A DNA stretch of 64,000 nucleotides, taken from NCBI RefSeq assembly GCF_009914755.1, contig NC_060939.1. One strand, written 5' to 3'. The position numbers and the translations under genes are program-made. The notes below the pieces were generated by a model that saw only the letters and a list, made by a program, of their open reading frames with translations, was not told the origin of the DNA and did no database searches. This DNA is from the human T2T-CHM13v2.0 reference genome, Homo sapiens. This document shows positions 59,855-64,000 of this stretch, piece after piece. Position 1 is the first letter of the stretch; the number at the start of each line of letters is the position of its first letter.

Positions 59855-60240
59855 ATTCATTTATGCACTCAACAAATAATGATTGAGCCTCAACAACTAC
59901 TGGGCATTGTTTCGGAGCTGGAGTTCACCTTCATGGAGATTTCACATAAGGGGCTCCTTGACAGCTGATGGCAACTGTCCTCTTTTCAGAGAGCCACTCC
60001 CTGACTGTGCAATGCAAATCGGCTCCAGCCACCTTTCAATCTTCCCGTAATACTTAATACCATCTGAAACCATGAGGTTCATAGATTTATTCACTATATT
60101 ACTGCTTATCTCCTTCTCTAGAAAAGTAAGTCCTTCAGAAAAATGACCCAGTCTTATGTGAAGCTGACTCTCCAAAATTAGAACAGTTCTTGCACATAAT
60201 AGATGCTCAATAAATATTTGTCCAATAAATGACACTGAAT
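59855..60240. mobile_element. L2 fragments (minus then plus)
   Basis: ttcatttatgcactcaacaaataatgattgagc; ctagaaaagtaagtccttc...agaacagttcttgcacataatagatgctcaataaatatttg. Confidence 0.75.
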
Positions 60241-60439
60241 GCCAAGGAAAGCTTTTTACCAGTGCCTACTATGTTCATAAAATAGTGTGAGACTAATTAC
60301 ATAAATCATTTCATTAAATCAAGATTATATATGCCAAAATAGAAAATATATGAAGAAAATAGGGTTTTAATATTAGTGAAGAAACTGCTTGGAAGAAATA
60401 AGGGTCCATTTGTAATGCTTCTATCCTGTGCCACTTAAT

Positions 60440-60863
60440 GCAAGAACAAGGGCTATTTTGTGACATTAAAAAGCAACAAATTTAAAACCAAGAAAAGGAA
60501 ATACTTTTTAAAGCAGCGTATAATCTACCTGTGGAATTCAGTGCCGCAGGATATTATTGAGGCAAATAGTCTAGCAAGATTCAAGAAAGGATTAGACATT
60601 TATATGAATAGGAATAATATTGGTAGTTACACTAACTAAGTTAAAAAGTTACAAGGCATGTCCGTCCTGGGCTCCAGGGCATAGCTGTTCACCAGCTGGA
60701 GTGAGGAAGGAATTTCCCCCTGGGATAGAGCATTGCAGAACTGGCCAGATGCACGATGGCTCGTATTTTTGCCGTCTTCTGTAACATAGGCAGGGACCAC
60801 TGCCAAGGGGAAGTTTCTAGAGTAGATGGACCAATGACCTCTAAACATGGTGTTTCTGTCTTC
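60440..60863 (+). mobile_element. Ancient CR1/L3 LINE 3' end (ORF2 C-terminus plus 3' UTR)
   Basis: Frame 60439-60639 reads ...KFKTKKRKYFLKQRIIYLWNSVPQDIIEANSLARFKKGLDIYM..., matching the CR1 ORF2 terminal motif; followed by an amniote CR1-type 3' UTR (ctccagggcatag...aggaaggaatttcccc...ccactg...tagatggacca). Confidence 0.85.
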
Positions 60864-61536
60864 TCCTTGAACAGTCCTGAATAGGACATGGAGGTTGCAT
60901 GTAAAGTCTTTTGGGATTCGTACCTGAGAATTTTTCAATTTCAAAAAACAGAAATTGACAGGTAAAAATAACTTGCCTCTTCCTAATGACAAAAATATTA
61001 CATGGAATGAAATCATGCCCTGCCTGTAATCTCATTAGCAGCATAGCCAATAGTGCCAGGAGGCTGCCTGAATGCTTCCAAACCTCAACACATCGGAGTC
61101 TTTGTAGAATCTCATACAAGGACATCATCTACCCATGTTTTACATCCATCTATCACTGTGCCTTATGTGCTTGTGCTTAACACAGGTGTTTAACGAAAAT
61201 GCATTTCTGCAGATGTGAACAAAGCCTCTCATTATGCTGTCCACTCACCTAGCAAAGCTTCTCTCTTTATTACATAGTCAATTACACTGCCAGGCACAAC
61301 CTTTGATTCTTGGTGATGTATGCCATGCATTTTTTTCATTCTAACATGAAAAATCCAAAAGGTAGTTGTTAGCCATGCAACCAAATACAAGTGTTCACAA
61401 TGGTATGGTATCATATTAATGAAAACATTGAAACTAAATTATGCATTATACTTGCTTACTTTACCGACCTCAGTTTTCCAGGTGTAGACAACACTCTGAA
61501 GAAACTGCATCAGTATTTAAATTATTAGAGATACAG

Positions 61537-61916
<380 letters not shown>

Positions 61917-62564
61917 TTAAATCTTAAACCAGCAATAAACCTAAAATTTTCAAAGTTTCCTGAAAAAAAGATAAAATTAAAATATATACAGCAAAATGTT
62001 GAATAATGTTAATATATGTGTTTTTCTGGAGAGAGAGAGAAAGAGAAACCATAGATTCCATTAATATCTTCAGCTATGTTCTCACACAATATAAGTTAAG
62101 AAAGTTAAGGAACACTAACCTAGGACCCAGTCCAAAAGAAAATTCTCACCTAAGTCTGGACAAAGTCCTTTCAAAGTCCTTTGCAACTACATGTAAGACT
62201 TGTTCCCTTGAACTCCTTAAATTAGCAGAATAATATCAATTAGATTCTTTTGGTCAAAAATCATTCATATAGGGTCTAATCCCCATCCAGAGAAAAAAAA
62301 ACCTTAAAACATTTAAGTGTTGAAGGCTACCTGTCATTTTATTAACTGGTTGCAAATACGCTTTTTTAGGTTTGGCCGTTTTCTCAGTCTAAGCTTTCCT
62401 ATTTTCTCATGTGGTTATTATAAGAGAAGAGCTTCTCTGATTTTTGTTTGCTGGTGTGGGTTTTTTTTTTTTTTTTTGGTTGTTAATGTTTGTTTTTTAC
62501 TTATAACCACATATTATGAGGAATGATAAGGTATTATAAATTAATAGTGTAAGCTCTGTAATCA

Positions 62565-62770
62565 ATTAGGATGGGTTGAAATCTCACACTAGACTCCAAA
62601 TAAACCAATTAGTCTCCCCAGGCCTCTCTTTTTTAATCTATAAAATGGAGATATAATAATATCCACCACACAAAGTCTGTGTACAAAATAAATGAGACAA
62701 TGCCTGTAAAACATGTGGCATTGTGCTTGTCATATATTAAGTAGACAATAAATATTACCTATTAGTATGA
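62565..62770 (+). mobile_element. MIR
   Basis: atctataaaatggagatataataatatccacc...aaatgagacaatgcctgtaaaac...caataaatatta. Confidence 0.8.
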
Positions 62771-62799
62771 CTACGTATATTTTGCCTATGTATTTATAA

Positions 62800-62965
62800 G
62801 CATTAAGAGTGCATATCCTGTTTCCTTATTATCACATAGTTCTCATACATTTTTATGGGCCCTTGATGCACACTGCAAATGAATTTCCAAAAGGATTTTG
62901 CTAATATATCCTATCAGCAATATGACAGTGTCAGTTTTACCACTCCTTGGTTAAAAATGGGAATT
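62800..62965 (-). mobile_element. Degraded L1M fragment
   Basis: tgcaaatgaatttccaaaaggattttgctaat...cctatcagcaatatgacagtg...cactcctt. Confidence 0.5.
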
Positions 62966-63593
62966 ACTATTAACCAGGAATAAAAGAAAAAGACCAAAAA
63001 AAACAAAAAAAGCGGGGAAAAAAAGGAAGGCAAGAAAGAAAAGATAATTTAATTTTTTTTAAATGTGTACATGTAAGCTTTTGCGTTTCTATATCTAGGA
63101 AAAGAAATCTGTGAATGTTCAGATTTCCATTCGACATCAGCCAGTTTCTTTCCAAACACTTTCTCAAAGTGTCGTACTTCATCTTTCAAAAAGCCTCATC
63201 CTACAGTCACACACCTTGTAGTTTTCCGGCTGAGGGACTCACAGAAGGGAACCGTGGTTTCCTGGTTCTCTGCCAGATGTCCAGTGGTCCCACGAAGGCC
63301 AGAGATTCAACTGCCTGCCACTCTTGTGAAGATGTTGCATACAGGACGATTCCCAGAGGAACTGGGACCTGGTGAGGCCAACACACAGATATTTTCTTGT
63401 AAGGTAGGATAAGGCAGAGTGACACAGCCCGCATCTGACCACAAGTCATGGGAGGTGTAACCCAAGGTGGCTTATCACCTGAGCTCTGAAAGGGATAATC
63501 TGGGAGGAACAGTTGGTTTGTGCAGCTTTTCAAGAGACTTAAATAATACCTGGTTTTGTGGGAAGAGAAGGAACAAAAGAAAAGAAAGCAAAA

Positions 63594-63920
63594 CCCTGGG
63601 CACGATGGCTCACACCTGGAATCCCAGCACTTTGGGAGGCCAGGGCAGGCAGATCACGAGGTCAGGAGTTCAAGATCAGCCCAGCCAACATGGTGAAACC
63701 CCGTCCCTACTAAAAAAACAAAACATTAGCCAGGCGTGGTGTCGGGTGCCTGTAACCCCAGCTACTTGGGAGGATGAGGCAGGAGAATTGCTTTAACTGG
63801 GGAGGCGGAAGGTTGCAATGAGCCGAGATTGCACCACTGCGCTCCAGCCTGGATGACAGAGCAAGACTCCCTCTGTCTAAAAAAAAAAAAAAAAAAAAAA
63901 GAAGAAGAAGAAGAAAAGAA
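63594..63920 (+). mobile_element. Alu (AluS) with A/(GAA) tail
   Basis: Full Alu; TSD-like AAAAGAAAGCAA. Confidence 0.96.
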
Positions 63921-64000
63921 AAAGAAAGCAAGAAAACACTTTAGTTGTGGGTACTGGATTTACTGCATGTCAGAGTGGGGAGATTGACAGTGTTGACTTG

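Noticed and set aside
60654-60663. Perfect p53 half-site AGGCATGTCC
   Set aside because: No adjacent second half-site

Overview
Primate (human-like) non-coding genomic DNA, either intronic or intergenic. It is AT-rich and CpG-depleted, and about half is transposon-derived: roughly 31 Alu insertions (most with visible target-site duplications, TSDs), old L1, L2 and MIR fragments, MER61-, LTR16-, THE1- and MLT1-type solo LTRs, and hAT-Charlie MER5/MER102 elements. I find no credible protein-coding exon; the ORF-track entries are Alu, L1, simple-repeat or chance ORFs. I cannot name the locus from the sequence alone. Most notable items: (1) an unusually well-preserved amniote CR1/L3 3' end at about 60440-60863, with 66 stop-free codons of ORF2 C-terminus plus the 3' UTR; (2) a ~9.8 kb Alu-free island (33750-43594) holding several motif-dense, enhancer-like blocks; (3) a BC200 (BCYRN1)-type retrocopy; (4) a ~200 bp Alu-tail-derived GAA/GAG tract with (GAA)21; (5) several template-switch scars, including an Alu linker rebuilt as a nascent minisatellite, a perfect 20-bp inverted repeat and a trimeric Alu. 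I see no evidence of a novel multi-gene system. Repeat family names come from recalled consensus sequences, and boundaries of old repeats are approximate.
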